Below, in pieces: positions 37,919 through 49,545 of a stretch of 64,000 nucleotides of DNA. Each line of letters opens with the position of its first letter. Position 1 is the stretch's first letter. This DNA is from an uncultured delta proteobacterium (GTDB lineage Bacteria; Desulfobacterota; Binatia; UBA9968): contig CAVSHR010000005.1 of NCBI GenBank assembly GCA_963727625.1, positions 1-64,000 on the forward strand, written 5' to 3'. The notes under the pieces were generated by a model, which searched no databases, had not been told where the DNA came from, and saw nothing but the letters and a program-made list of their open reading frames with translations. The translations under genes were made by a program, and so were the position numbers.

Positions 37919-39697
37919 TCAGCGCATCTGGCAGACCACATCGACAAGGGCGGGCTTGCCGCCTTTGACCACTTTCACGGCTTCGCGCAGCGTTTTGATC
38001 AAATCCTTCGGCTCGGTGATCGGCCCGGCGCCCCAGCAGCCGTAGGTGCGCGCCATGGCACCGAAGTCGACGTTGGGATCTTCGATGCGGATGCCGATGG
38101 TTTTGTTTTCCACCGGGCGGTTGCGCACTACGGCGATCCGCTCCTGATGCTCTTCGTCGTTGAAATAGGAACGGTTGCTGCACACGATGATCAGCAGCGG
38201 GATCTGATGATGCACCGCAGTCCAGAGCGCGCTCACGGTGAAGAGCAGATCGCCGTCGGGTTGCATATCGACGCAAAACTTCCCCGAGCCCTTGTGCGCC
38301 AACGCGGCGCCGACCGATGCCGGCAAGCCGTAGCCCAAGCCGCCGCCTTTGTATTTGCCGAGAATCTGGTTGAACTTGGCCGCCGGCAGATACTGATTTT
38401 CCTTGCCTTGCGAGCTGCCGTTGGTCAGCACCCAGTCTTCGCCTTTAAGCGCCTCGTTGAGCTCGGCGTAGATCCGCGTCATGGAAATCGGCTTCTCGTC
38501 CCACTTCGCCTTGAGCTCTCTTTCCAGCCCGGCCTTTTTATCTTCATAAATATTGTCCCAATCGGCGCGCCGCTTGGCGATCTCTTCTTTCAAGTCGCCG
38601 AACTTTTTCGCGGCCTTCAAGCGCCGAACCAATTCCGGCAAGAACACCGAAGTATCGGCGGTGATCATCAGATCCGCCTCGCGGAGCTTGTTGAAATCCG
38701 TCGCCCAGGCGCGCACCAGCAAGTCGTCGAGGCCGACGTTGATGATTTTCGTGCCGGCCGTCATCAACGGCGTCGCCCGGCGATTACCCCTTTCCTGCGC
38801 CCTGCGCGCCGTGGCGCCTTCGAGGTCGGGAACATCGAGGGCCAATACCAAATCGGCTTGCGGGAGGACTTTTTCAGCCTGACCGGTGAGATTGAGCGGA
38901 TGCTGCACGGGAAAATTGAACCGGCCGAATTGATCGAGCACCGGTGCGCTCAGCAACTCGGCCAACTCACCGAGCGCGTTGAAGCCCGCTTCTCTCCTGC
39001 CCACCCAATCCGCCAGGATCACCGGCTTCTTTGCTTCGAGCAACCAGCGGATGGTTTTATCAAAACCTTCTTCCGGCGCTTGCAGCGGTAGCGCAGCAGG
39101 ATAGCGCTCAAGGGAAGGAAATCTCACTTCGCTTTCCAACTTTTTTTCCTGCACGTCGCCGTCGTAGCAAATATAGACCGGCCCCTGCGGATCGGTGGTC
39201 GCCAAGCGATAAGCGCGGATGAAGGAATCCGGCACCGCTTCGACGCTGCCGGGTTGGTCATCCCACTTGACGAAGTCGCGCACCAGGTTGCCCTGCACCA
39301 GCGCGGTGTGCACCCAGTCGATCCACGGCCGGCGATTGGCCGTGTCCATCGGCCCGGTGCCGCCGAGCACGATCACCGGCAAGCGGTCCGCCCAGGCGTT
39401 GTAGATCGCCATCGAGGCATGCTGCAAACCGACGATGTTGTGCACCGCTGCGGCCATCGGCCTGCCCTTGGCACGCGCGTAGCCATGGGCCAGCGCGACG
39501 CAGATCTCTTCATGGGTGCAAAGGATCAGTTCCGGCGCGTGATTGCCGCCGTAGTTGACCAGCGAATCGTGTAAACCGCGGAAGGTTGCTCCGGGGTTGA
39601 TCGCGATGTATTCGAACTCGAAGGCCTTGAGCAGGTCAACGACCACATCCGACCCCCACTCGGCGCGGGGTTTCTCCATCTTTTGTTGTTTAGCCAT
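37919..39697 (-). CDS. Thiamine-pyrophosphate-dependent enzyme (acetolactate synthase/benzoylformate decarboxylase-like)
   Basis: NPGA, THEE, AHGYA and a PDGD...SN TPP motif. Confidence 0.92.
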   Translation of the reverse strand: MAKQQKMEKPRAEWGSDVVVDLLKAFEFEYIAINPGATFRGLHDSLVNYGGNHAPELILCTHEEICVALAHGYARAKGRPMAAAVHNIVGLQHASMAIYNAWADRLPVIVLGGTGPMDTANRRPWIDWVHTALVQGNLVRDFVKWDDQPGSVEAVPDSFIRAYRLATTDPQGPVYICYDGDVQEKKLESEVRFPSLERYPAALPLQAPEEGFDKTIRWLLEAKKPVILADWVGRREAGFNALGELAELLSAPVLDQFGRFNFPVQHPLNLTGQAEKVLPQADLVLALDVPDLEGATARRAQERGNRRATPLMTAGTKIINVGLDDLLVRAWATDFNKLREADLMITADTSVFLPELVRRLKAAKKFGDLKEEIAKRRADWDNIYEDKKAGLERELKAKWDEKPISMTRIYAELNEALKGEDWVLTNGSSQGKENQYLPAAKFNQILGKYKGGGLGYGLPASVGAALAHKGSGKFCVDMQPDGDLLFTVSALWTAVHHQIPLLIIVCSNRSYFNDEEHQERIAVVRNRPVENKTIGIRIEDPNVDFGAMARTYGCWGAGPITEPKDLIKTLREAVKVVKGGKPALVDVVCQMR

Positions 39698-39799
39698 AAT
39701 TTTTCCTTTCGACTTTTAATCGGAGCTGATCCGAACAGACCGGCCTATTAACTGGACGTGAGGCGGAAAACCGAGCGAGTTAGGAGATTACGGGGAAAA

Positions 39800-39879
39800 G
39801 CGGATTCCTCGCTGTGCGCGGAATGACAGATCACGGTCGATGGAGGCCCGTGTCATCCTGAACGCAGTGAAGGATCTGC
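39800..39879. repeat. Inverted REP-like doublet
   Basis: 39800-39828 and 39851-39879 are related 29-mers in opposite orientation (…ATGACA / TGTCAT…). Confidence 0.65.
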
Positions 39880-39961
39880 TTTCCGGTACGGGGCGTGACA
39901 GATCGTCTAGCGTTTAGAGTCTAGCGTCAACGCCTGGCCCTAAACCTTAGACGCTAGACCG

Positions 39962-40579
39962 TTATCGCTTCGGTATCTCCATTCCACGCTTCACTGCCGG
40001 CCGCTCGGATATCACATCGAACCAGCGCTTCACGTTGGGAAATTCTTCGAGCTTCACGTGATGGCCTTCATGGCGTCCGACCCAGGGATAGGTGGCGATA
40101 TCGGCAATGGAATACTCGCCGGCGAGATAATCGCGCCGCCCCAGCTCTTTATCGAGCACGCCGTACAAACGCAGCGCCTCCTTGCGAAAGCGCTCGATGG
40201 CAAAAGGAATCTTTTCCTCGATCCGGCAAAAATAATTAGCCTGGCCGAACATCGGTCCGACCCCGCCCATTTGAAACATCAGCCACTGGATCACCATGTA
40301 ACGCTGCCGTATATCCACCGGCCAAAGCTTGCCGGACTTTTCCGCCAGATACATCAAGATCGCGCCCGACTCGAAGAGCGTAAACGGCTTGCCGCCCGGA
40401 CCGTCGGTATCGATGATCGAAGGAATTTTGTTGTTCGGATTGATCGCCAGATACTCCGGCTTGAACTGGTCTCCCTGGCCGATGCAGATCGGGTGCACTT
40501 CGTAAGGCAGTCCGATCTCTTCGAGCATGATCGAAACTTTTTTGCCGTTGGGCGTGCCCCAAGTATAAAGTTGAATCAT
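39962..40579 (-). CDS. GST family protein, YfcG/Nu class
   Basis: TPNG, INPN.KIP, FESGAIL, QWL.FQM.GVGP and IADIA.YPW motifs. Confidence 0.93.
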   Translation of the reverse strand: MIQLYTWGTPNGKKVSIMLEEIGLPYEVHPICIGQGDQFKPEYLAINPNNKIPSIIDTDGPGGKPFTLFESGAILMYLAEKSGKLWPVDIRQRYMVIQWLMFQMGGVGPMFGQANYFCRIEEKIPFAIERFRKEALRLYGVLDKELGRRDYLAGEYSIADIATYPWVGRHEGHHVKLEEFPNVKRWFDVISERPAVKRGMEIPKR

Positions 40580-40582
40580 GCG

Positions 40583-41848
40583 CTAATTCCTCTCCGTCGC
40601 AGTCTGCGAGCTCACGGCTCTGGCACTCGCCCAAACGACAAACACTGAAACGGTTAAACATGCCAGCGACACCCAGAATGGAATCGTATAGCTATGGGTC
40701 ATGTCAAAAAGAAAACCGCCGAGCCATGCCCCCACCGCGCCGCCCAGACCGATGCTAAACGTGAAATAGCCGAAGATCGCGCCGAAGTGCTTGCCGTGAA
40801 AAATATCGGCGGAAATCGCCGACAGCACCAGCGCGCGGGAGCCTTGGCCGAGACCGTAGCAAACCGCGTAGGTGTAGAGCAGCCACGGCGAAGAGGTGTC
40901 ATGCACTGCCAGCAAGGCGAGAATGCCTACGGCGGAAATCACCTGCACCCAGGTAAATACCATCTGGCGATTCATCACGTCGGCGAGATAGCCGAACAAA
41001 AGGCGGCCGCCGATGCTAATCACGCCCAGGAGCCCGAAGATCGATGCGGCGAACACTTTGGCGTACCCGACGTCCACCGCGTGTGCGATCTGATGGGTGA
41101 CGATGACCTGATTGCCCATGCTCGCCAGGGTGCGCGCGATGAATAGGAGCCAGAACGCCGAGTTGGTCAGCGCGCGTTTGACCGTCCAGTCGGCTTGAAC
41201 GGGAGCGTCTTTTTGCGCCGGGGTCACCGGCGGCGTTACTTCGGCCGGCTTGCTCGAGCGCGCCGAAGGCAGAAACAACTGCACCGGCGGTATCACCAGC
41301 AAAACCGTGATCACCGCCAAACCGAGGTAGGCCGACGACCAACCCCATTGGTCGATCATCAGCTGGGTCACCGGCACCAGCAAGACGATGCCGACGCCGC
41401 CGCCGGCCCAGGCGATGCCGAGCGCGGTGCCGCGGCGCTGGGGAAACTCGCGCGAGATAATTGCGACATGGGGCACCATGCCGATCAGGGCAATACCCGC
41501 GGCGCTGACGATGCCGATCCAAAGATAAAATTGCCAGAGCGCGGAAACCGTCGATGCCAGACCCAATCCGACGCAGAGTATCATTCCACCGGAGATGAGA
41601 GTCTTGCGCGCGCCGAGCCGGTCGATCAAACCGCCGGCGTAAGGCAAACAGGCGCCTTCGAAAATGATCGCCAGCGAGATCACCCCGGCGGTGGCGGCCC
41701 GGGACCAGCCGAAGGCATCGAGCATGGCGACGAAGAACACACCGAAGGTACCGTGCAGGCCGCGCCCCACGCCGATGTGCAGAAACGCCAGGGCGACCAG
41801 GCCGTAACGCCGCACCGCTTCCTTCCAAGATGTCGTGCCTTGAGCCAT
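40583..41848 (-). CDS. MFS transporter
   Basis: G.LIDRLG.R, RRG.ALG and G.LAD motifs; about 12 TM. Confidence 0.92.
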   Translation of the reverse strand: MAQGTTSWKEAVRRYGLVALAFLHIGVGRGLHGTFGVFFVAMLDAFGWSRAATAGVISLAIIFEGACLPYAGGLIDRLGARKTLISGGMILCVGLGLASTVSALWQFYLWIGIVSAAGIALIGMVPHVAIISREFPQRRGTALGIAWAGGGVGIVLLVPVTQLMIDQWGWSSAYLGLAVITVLLVIPPVQLFLPSARSSKPAEVTPPVTPAQKDAPVQADWTVKRALTNSAFWLLFIARTLASMGNQVIVTHQIAHAVDVGYAKVFAASIFGLLGVISIGGRLLFGYLADVMNRQMVFTWVQVISAVGILALLAVHDTSSPWLLYTYAVCYGLGQGSRALVLSAISADIFHGKHFGAIFGYFTFSIGLGGAVGAWLGGFLFDMTHSYTIPFWVSLACLTVSVFVVWASARAVSSQTATERN

Positions 41849-41903
41849 GCTTTAAAAAATAATGCATACTCTCAGGGCGGGCGAATGTCTAATGGACGCG
41901 GAG

Positions 41904-42791
41904 TTATTTTAGCAGCAGCGGCGCAACCGCTCGGGCCATGGCGGAATTTTGATGGCCGGCGCCGGGAACGGTCTCAATCTGCCAATTGAACGGGGCATCG
42001 AGCCGCGCCGCGGCAAGCTCTGCTTGACGAAAAAAATTGCGACCTCGTTCCAACCGCTGGGTTCCTTGCTGCATTGCCGCCGCGCTGCGATTGAGCCACC
42101 GATGGTTCGGATCGCTGTCGTTCTCGCCCAGGGCGATCACCAGTTTCTTGCCGAACGCGAGCTTCAAATCTTCCGGCGTTATCCCGGTGCCCTTCAAGCC
42201 GTAGGGGAAGTCCACGGCGAAATCGGGCATGGTGTACCAGCCGGCGTTGGCGGCAACCGCGATCGCCACGCGCGCTCGCGGATTGAAAAGCACCAGCCGG
42301 TGCACGAACTGGGCCCCCGCCGAGTGGCCGTAGATGCGATAGTTTTCAGTTTTGACGCCGACGATCCTGCGCGCGTAATCGAAAATCTGCTCGATCACCG
42401 CAAACGCGCTGTCGTTCGATAGTTCGGAACCGCCGCCTGTCGACGCGATATTGCCGAGGTTGTAAGATCGCCGGCCGGGAAACAGCTCGGCGGAAAATTC
42501 CGGCGCCAGCAAGAGCGCCTGGAACCGCTCCGCGTAACCCTGCCATTCATCGCGATAGCGTTTGGCGTCGCGCTGCGTGCCATGCATGGCGAAAAACACC
42601 GGGGCACGGGGCGCTAAATCTTTGGGCCGGTAGCTCCAGACGGTCATCGGCCGACTGGCTTCTTTGGTTCGGTAATTAAAATTAAAACGGGCCGCACCGG
42701 TCTCGACAACGGCAGCGCCGGCGGCAGCCGCGGACCGAAAAACTCCGAAGAGGCACAGGACAAACGCCGCGGCGGCGGTCAATGGTCTCAT
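41904..42791 (-). CDS. Exported alpha/beta hydrolase
   Basis: Signal peptide; MHG..R, GHSAGAQF and PGAGH motifs. Confidence 0.85.
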   Translation of the reverse strand: MRPLTAAAAFVLCLFGVFRSAAAAGAAVVETGAARFNFNYRTKEASRPMTVWSYRPKDLAPRAPVFFAMHGTQRDAKRYRDEWQGYAERFQALLLAPEFSAELFPGRRSYNLGNIASTGGGSELSNDSAFAVIEQIFDYARRIVGVKTENYRIYGHSAGAQFVHRLVLFNPRARVAIAVAANAGWYTMPDFAVDFPYGLKGTGITPEDLKLAFGKKLVIALGENDSDPNHRWLNRSAAAMQQGTQRLERGRNFFRQAELAAARLDAPFNWQIETVPGAGHQNSAMARAVAPLLLK

Positions 42792-42801
42792 CGCAGCGCC
42801 G

Positions 42802-43584
42802 CTATTTCTTGTCTTGGAATTCAAAAGTCATGTTGGCGGTCTCGCCGGGTTTCACTTCGACGGTTTGGGTCGCCTTGCCCAGTTTCTCATGCCACGCCTC
42901 CAGCCGGTATTTTCCCGCCGGCACGTCGGTGAGCTTGAAGGCGCCGGCGGCGTTACTGACGGCGAAGAAGACATTGTCGGTCACCACGATCCAGCCGCTC
43001 ATCCAGCCGTGCACGTCGCAGCGCACCGCGATGATTTCCGGCTTGGTGAAGGTCTTGCTGATCTCTTTGAGATATTTCGGCTGAGCGCGATTAAACGGCG
43101 GATTGGCCTTGCTCACCGTGTGCACGTTGTGCAGGATGCCGTCGCTGTTTTTGATCGTGACCTTCGTGGCGGTCGGGATAACCAGGACATGCGGCACATA
43201 CTGGCACTTTTCTTGATCGAGCTCGGCTTCCTGCGCCGGGCTCTTGCCCTGGCGCAAATCCGCAATCTGGATGACTGCGTTCTGCAGACCGCCGCCGGCG
43301 CCGACCAGCAGCGTCGGGTCCTGCTGAGAGTCGCCGCACACCTCCCGGTCTTTACTGATCGATAGCTTGCCCGGGCTGTAATCTCCCGTGAAAACAACTT
43401 TGCCCGCAATCGAGCCGTTGCCTTGCACCGCGGCGATCGACTTGCTTCGCGCCTCTCCTACCGGTTCGGCTTTCGTTGCCGCGGACTCTTTCGGCGTATT
43501 TGAACGGTCTTCTTCTTTAGAACAACCGGCAAAATTGAATAGGAAAACAATGGCGATGGGAACGATTAAACCTGATAGCTTCAT
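42802..43584 (-). CDS. Lipoprotein with a cupredoxin-like and a carboxypeptidase-regulatory-like domain
   Basis: Lipobox FAGC; N.D..LHNVH...CDVHGWM; VP.G.Y.L.AWHE. Confidence 0.78.
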   Translation of the reverse strand: MKLSGLIVPIAIVFLFNFAGCSKEEDRSNTPKESAATKAEPVGEARSKSIAAVQGNGSIAGKVVFTGDYSPGKLSISKDREVCGDSQQDPTLLVGAGGGLQNAVIQIADLRQGKSPAQEAELDQEKCQYVPHVLVIPTATKVTIKNSDGILHNVHTVSKANPPFNRAQPKYLKEISKTFTKPEIIAVRCDVHGWMSGWIVVTDNVFFAVSNAAGAFKLTDVPAGKYRLEAWHEKLGKATQTVEVKPGETANMTFEFQDKK

Positions 43585-43645
43585 GCCCTGCCTCCGTGTT
43601 CAATCCAGCATATAAAACTTCGCGCTCCATTCAAGCCGAAACGAA

Positions 43646-45070
43646 TCAAGCATGAGCCGCGCTTTTGCCGCGCAAGGCCGAGCAAAACAGTGCCACCAGC
43701 GCCATCCCTCCGCCTACTAGAAAACTGAAATTCATCGCCTGGACGAAGACAGCGGGGTTGCTCGGCGTCGGCGTGGCCGCGGCGTCGCCGCTGTAGTAGC
43801 GAAACGCGGCGGTCAAAAGCAGGGTGCCCAAGGACACGCCGAAGGTGGTGCCGAGACCGAACATCACGTAAATCGCGCCGGTGGCCACGCCGCGGTGTTG
43901 CGGCGGCACCGAGCCGATCATCGCCGTGTGGTTCGAGGTAAAAAACAGCGCCGTCGCCAAGCCCCACAACCCCAGCACACCCACGCTAGCGATCCAGTGC
44001 GAATCGGGACGCAGGAAAGATCCGGAAAAACCGGCGCCGGCCAGAAATGCGATTCCCACCGTCGCCGGCAGCCGCGGGCCCATTCTATCGACCGCCCAAC
44101 CGACCGCGGGCGACAGCGTCACGGTGAAGATCGGCGCGCTGACGAACAACAAGCCGATAAACGATGGCGTCAAATGCAAAACATCTTGGAGATAGAACGG
44201 CAGGACGAAGCCGATCATCACCTGCGACACGCCGACCAGCAAGAGCGCCAGGCTGCTGAGCGAAAACATGCGGATGCGGAACAGCGACAGATCGAGGATC
44301 GGGCTCGGCGTGGTCCACTCGCGAAGGATAAAGCCGCCGAAAAAAACCACGAAGCCAAGCAGCAGCGCGACCCGCAGCGCCGGCTCCAGCGCTTCCATGA
44401 TTCGATGGTCGATGCAGGAAACCAGCGCCACCGTGGCGCCGATCAGTAACAGCGCGCCGAGATAATCGATCGCGCCATTTGCATCCGCCGGCGCCACCCG
44501 CGGCGGCGTGTTGCCCTTCCAGCGGTTGATCAGGGTCAGCACGATGCCGGCCAGCGCGATCGGGATCAGAACGAAGAACACCGCGCGCCAATGGATGTAA
44601 TCGATGAGCAGACCGCCGACGCTCGGGCCGATCAGCACGCCCGAATGAAACGCCGTGGTCATGTAACCTTGCGACCGCCCAGACGATTCCTTCGGCAGCG
44701 CTTCCATCGCCAGCGCCCGCCCCTGGGACTGGGTCATCGACGCGCCCACGCCTTGGACAAATCGAAACAGGATGAGCTGGGTGACGTTTTGCGACAAGCC
44801 GCAGAGCAGCGCGGCGATGGACGAAACCACCAGCCCAAGACCGAACAGCGTATGCCGGCCGTACATATCCCCGATGCGGCCGAAGATGAGCGACAAGCTG
44901 ATCTGCGAAATCTGGTAGGCGATCACCGCCCAGGCGATGCCGACGATCGTGGTTTCTAGACTAGCCGCGACCGTGGGGAGGGAAACGGAAAAGATCCGAC
45001 TGGCGGTGCCGGCTAGAAAATTGCCGAGCGCCGCGTTGATGAGCAGCAGCCAATTGATGCGTGAATCCAT
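43646..45070 (-). CDS. MFS drug:H+ antiporter (DHA2-like)
   Basis: VSLPT, GRIGD.YGR, R.VQG.G, GP..GG...WR.VF and P..DL.LF motifs. Confidence 0.92.
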   Translation of the reverse strand: MDSRINWLLLINAALGNFLAGTASRIFSVSLPTVAASLETTIVGIAWAVIAYQISQISLSLIFGRIGDMYGRHTLFGLGLVVSSIAALLCGLSQNVTQLILFRFVQGVGASMTQSQGRALAMEALPKESSGRSQGYMTTAFHSGVLIGPSVGGLLIDYIHWRAVFFVLIPIALAGIVLTLINRWKGNTPPRVAPADANGAIDYLGALLLIGATVALVSCIDHRIMEALEPALRVALLLGFVVFFGGFILREWTTPSPILDLSLFRIRMFSLSSLALLLVGVSQVMIGFVLPFYLQDVLHLTPSFIGLLFVSAPIFTVTLSPAVGWAVDRMGPRLPATVGIAFLAGAGFSGSFLRPDSHWIASVGVLGLWGLATALFFTSNHTAMIGSVPPQHRGVATGAIYVMFGLGTTFGVSLGTLLLTAAFRYYSGDAAATPTPSNPAVFVQAMNFSFLVGGGMALVALFCSALRGKSAAHA

Positions 45071-45161
45071 GCCGAATTTTTTTTGGAGCTCGTGAGTTGA
45101 GAGACCGAACGAGCCGCTTGCCGCGGCCACCCGTCGCCACCCCACCGCGTAATATTCTTTA

Positions 45162-45560
45162 CTACCAATGCTTGTCTACCAGCTCGATGCAAAACTCAAG
45201 CGCGGCTTCGATTTCGCGCTGTGAAATTGCCCGCACGGGCAGCACGTCAGCGCGGCGATGATGAATTTTTTGCAACCCCACGGCCTCCGCGCGACTGATT
45301 AATTTGCGCTCCAGCGCGGCCACCAGCAACACCGGCAGCGTCTCAGCCGACCATGGAGAGCGTTTGAGGCGCGCCTTGAGCCAGTCTTCGACCGCCTGAT
45401 CGCAGAGCACCAGCACGTCGCGGGCCGAAAGGTCGTCGCTCGACCAGCCGCTCAACGCCCGGCTGAGCGTGCGTATCGCCCGTCCTTCGGCCGAATGATG
45501 GCCTTTGACTTTTTCTTTTTCAGAGAGGTTTGCGAAAACTTCTTGAGCGTTGAAAGCCAT
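45162..45560 (-). CDS. Hypothetical protein, possible HEPN-like helical fold
   Basis: 132 aa; AVE.WLK followed by a helical pattern. Confidence 0.6.
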   Translation of the reverse strand: MAFNAQEVFANLSEKEKVKGHHSAEGRAIRTLSRALSGWSSDDLSARDVLVLCDQAVEDWLKARLKRSPWSAETLPVLLVAALERKLISRAEAVGLQKIHHRRADVLPVRAISQREIEAALEFCIELVDKHW

Positions 45561-45870
45561 GGATAATCACCGCAACGAATGATTTTACCACAGCGTTCCC
45601 AGAGCGGCAGAGCCGCAAGCAAAGGAGAAAGCCCTATTTCTCCACAGGCGCAGAGTTCGGAGTCTTTCTCGATAGAAAAATCTTTCCTCGGCGTACTCCA
45701 CGCCTCGGCGGTGAACCATTCGAAGTCTTGCTGCGATTCGCGCCTTTCCAAGGCTGATCAGAAGAGGGTTTAACCGGGGCTCTTACTTTTTCTGTGCTTT
45801 GCGTTTTTCACGGGGAAATGATTTCGTATATTTGCTGCGCGACTTTAACATTTTGCGAGAGGAGATTGTT

Positions 45871-46869
45871 TTGAGATTTCTTACCGCGATCCTAGTCCTA
45901 TTGTTGCAACTCCATTTCGTCGGCCCGAGCTGGTCCGCCGAAGCCCAGAAGCTTGAGAAGCTGCTCATCGGTTACCCCGCCCCCGTGGCTTCCCTCGGCA
46001 TCCTCGAGGTGATGCGGAGAGCGGGCTTGTTCAAAAAGAACGGTCTCGACGTCGATCTGGTCTATATTCAAGGCAGTCCTATTTTAACGACCGCTATGGT
46101 CTCGGGCCAGGTGCCGATGAGTTTTATCGGCGGCGCGGCGATTGTCGCTTCCGCTGTCGGCGGCGCCGACACGGTCTATCTCGCCTGCGGCATCAACACG
46201 CTTTACTGGCGCGTCTTTTCGACGCCCGGCATCAAAACCGTCGCCGATCTTAAAGGTAAGAAAATCGGCGTCACCACCATCGGCTCCCAGGAAGACAGCG
46301 TCATCCGATTCATCCTGAAGGAGCGTGGCTTGAACCCCGATCGCGACTTCGCGGTGGTCGCCGTGGGTGGCGCGCCCACGCGCTTGGCCGCCCTGAGCAA
46401 AGGGGTCGTGCAAGCATCCACGTTCATCCCGCCGCAGGACATCGCGGCGGAAAAGCTCGGCTTGCACGTGCTGATCGACATGAGCACCCTCGGCCTCTAC
46501 AATCCCGGCAGCTGTTTCGCCAGCACCAAGAGCTACGTCAGGACCCATCGCGACACCGTGATGAAGGTGATTAAAACCTTCGTCGAAGGGCTGCGTTACT
46601 ACAAAGAAAATCGAGAATTTGTTTTGAAGGTTACTGCCGATTTTGCAAAGAATCGTGATCCCAACGTGCTCAACCAGACCTACGATGTGGTCACGCGGCA
46701 CCAAGACCGCGTCCCCGACGTCAACATGAAGGGCATCGAGTTCATGCTGAAAACCCTGGAGCTGCGCGATCCGCGCGCCAAGACTTTCGATCCCGCCAGC
46801 GTGGTCGATTCGAGCTTCCTCCAAGAGCTTGAGAAGAGCGGCTTCATCGACTCCGTCTGGAAAAAGTGA
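45871..46869 (+). CDS. ABC transporter substrate-binding protein, NMT1/SsuA-like
   Basis: Signal peptide; GLFKKNGLDV and DLKGKKIGV motifs. TTG start with a GAGGAG RBS. Confidence 0.9.
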   Translation: MRFLTAILVLLLQLHFVGPSWSAEAQKLEKLLIGYPAPVASLGILEVMRRAGLFKKNGLDVDLVYIQGSPILTTAMVSGQVPMSFIGGAAIVASAVGGADTVYLACGINTLYWRVFSTPGIKTVADLKGKKIGVTTIGSQEDSVIRFILKERGLNPDRDFAVVAVGGAPTRLAALSKGVVQASTFIPPQDIAAEKLGLHVLIDMSTLGLYNPGSCFASTKSYVRTHRDTVMKVIKTFVEGLRYYKENREFVLKVTADFAKNRDPNVLNQTYDVVTRHQDRVPDVNMKGIEFMLKTLELRDPRAKTFDPASVVDSSFLQELEKSGFIDSVWKK

Positions 46870-46958
46870 AGTAAACGACCGTGAGGTGTAAACGCTAACA
46901 AGCAAGTGCTTCTCTTTTTATTACTCGCGCCTCAAGCCTCGTGCCTCGCGCCTAAAAC

Positions 46959-48491
46959 ATGAACATCGGCGAATCCCTCCCGCGCAACGCCCAGCACTTT
47001 CCCGGCAAGCGCGCCATCGTCGACGCGCACCACACGGTCACGTACGAAGAATTTCACCTGGGCACCAACCGCCTGGCGAACTATTTACTCAAGCAAGGTG
47101 TCAGCAAAGGCGACTTGGTGGGCCTCTCCTGCGGCAGCCGCGCCGAACATTTCGAAACGCTCTTCGCCGTCGCCAAGATCGGCGCCGTCGCTGTTCCCTT
47201 CGATTTCAATTGGAGCACCCAGGAGTGCGAAGCGATGCTGCGCTTTTTCGCGCCCAAGGCCTTTCTTGTGGAATCGCGCAAAGAAACCGAAGCTCTGACC
47301 AACATTGCCCGCGGGCACGTAAAGCGAAACAACCTCCTTATGATCGGCTCACCTTTGTCCGGTCACACAAAGCCGGTCGAAGCGTCGCTTTTCGAAACGG
47401 CAATCGGTCAAAGCGACCCCAGCGACCCTCAAGTTCATGTGGCGGGCCTGGATCCCTTTCTGCTCATGATCACATCGGGCACCACGGGGTTTCCCAAGGC
47501 GTGCAGCATTAACCATGAAACCTATTCGCTGCGCTGCATGAACTACGGCATGACCAAGGGGATGAACAAAGACGAGCGAGCGCTCATGACGCTGCCGGTC
47601 CACTTCAACGCCGGCCGCGGCTCGGTCATGAGTATCCTGTACCTCGGCGGGACGATTTTCATTCAGGAGAAGTTCGACGCGACTTTGTTTTTAGAAACAA
47701 TCGAGCGCGAACAAATCACCTATACCATGCTCGTACCGACGCTTTGCGAGCGCTTGCTGCGCCATGAGCGCTTGGACCAATATAAAAATTCGTCGCTCCG
47801 CTATCTCGGCATCACCGGCGGACATCTTTCGAAGGAATTGGCTCGCGAAACACGCGAGCGACTGTGCGGCGATCTCTACGAAGCGTACGCGTCGACGGAT
47901 TGCGGTCAGATCACGACCATCGGCAGCCGGGACTGGGACCTGCACGCTGACACGGTCGGCACACCGATCTGGTGCGTTCTGCTGCGTATCGCCGATGACA
48001 ACGGCCGCGAAGTCCCGGTCGGCGCGGAAGGCGAGGTGTGCGTCCGCACGCCGCTCGCCATCCAGGGCTATTATCGAAACGAGCAGGCGACGGCGGAATT
48101 CCTCGCCGGCGGCTGGTGCCACACCGGCGACATCGGTTTTGTCGACGACCGTGGCTACCTGCACATCTCCGGGCGCAAAAAGAACATGATCAAAAGCGGC
48201 GGCATCAGCGTCTTTCCCGAAGAGATCGAAGAAACGCTGCGCAAGCACCCCGACGTGGCCGATGCGGCGGTGATTGGTTTCAAGAACGACGAATGGGGCG
48301 AAGCCGTCAAAGCGTTTGTGGTCCTGAAGAAGGGCGCTTCCTGCGATGCCGAAGCCCTGCTGCAATTCTGCAAAGACTTTCTGGCGAGCTATAAGGCGCC
48401 CAAGGCAATCGAATTTGTCCCCGCTCTTCCGCGAACCGGTCTCGGCAAGATCGACCGCGGCAAGCTGGCAGGGGTGAACCGGACAGAGTAG
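46959..48491 (+). CDS. Acyl-CoA ligase (class I adenylate-forming)
   Basis: TSGTTGFPK, YASTD, TGD, GRKK.MIKSGG and GK motifs. Confidence 0.94.
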   Translation: MNIGESLPRNAQHFPGKRAIVDAHHTVTYEEFHLGTNRLANYLLKQGVSKGDLVGLSCGSRAEHFETLFAVAKIGAVAVPFDFNWSTQECEAMLRFFAPKAFLVESRKETEALTNIARGHVKRNNLLMIGSPLSGHTKPVEASLFETAIGQSDPSDPQVHVAGLDPFLLMITSGTTGFPKACSINHETYSLRCMNYGMTKGMNKDERALMTLPVHFNAGRGSVMSILYLGGTIFIQEKFDATLFLETIEREQITYTMLVPTLCERLLRHERLDQYKNSSLRYLGITGGHLSKELARETRERLCGDLYEAYASTDCGQITTIGSRDWDLHADTVGTPIWCVLLRIADDNGREVPVGAEGEVCVRTPLAIQGYYRNEQATAEFLAGGWCHTGDIGFVDDRGYLHISGRKKNMIKSGGISVFPEEIEETLRKHPDVADAAVIGFKNDEWGEAVKAFVVLKKGASCDAEALLQFCKDFLASYKAPKAIEFVPALPRTGLGKIDRGKLAGVNRTE

Positions 48492-48543
48492 CTTGCCGCC
48501 GCGATTCGCCGACCCAAGCGTCCGCCGGCATAAGCCGCCTGCT

Positions 48544-49541
<998 letters not shown>

Positions 49542-49545
<4 letters not shown>

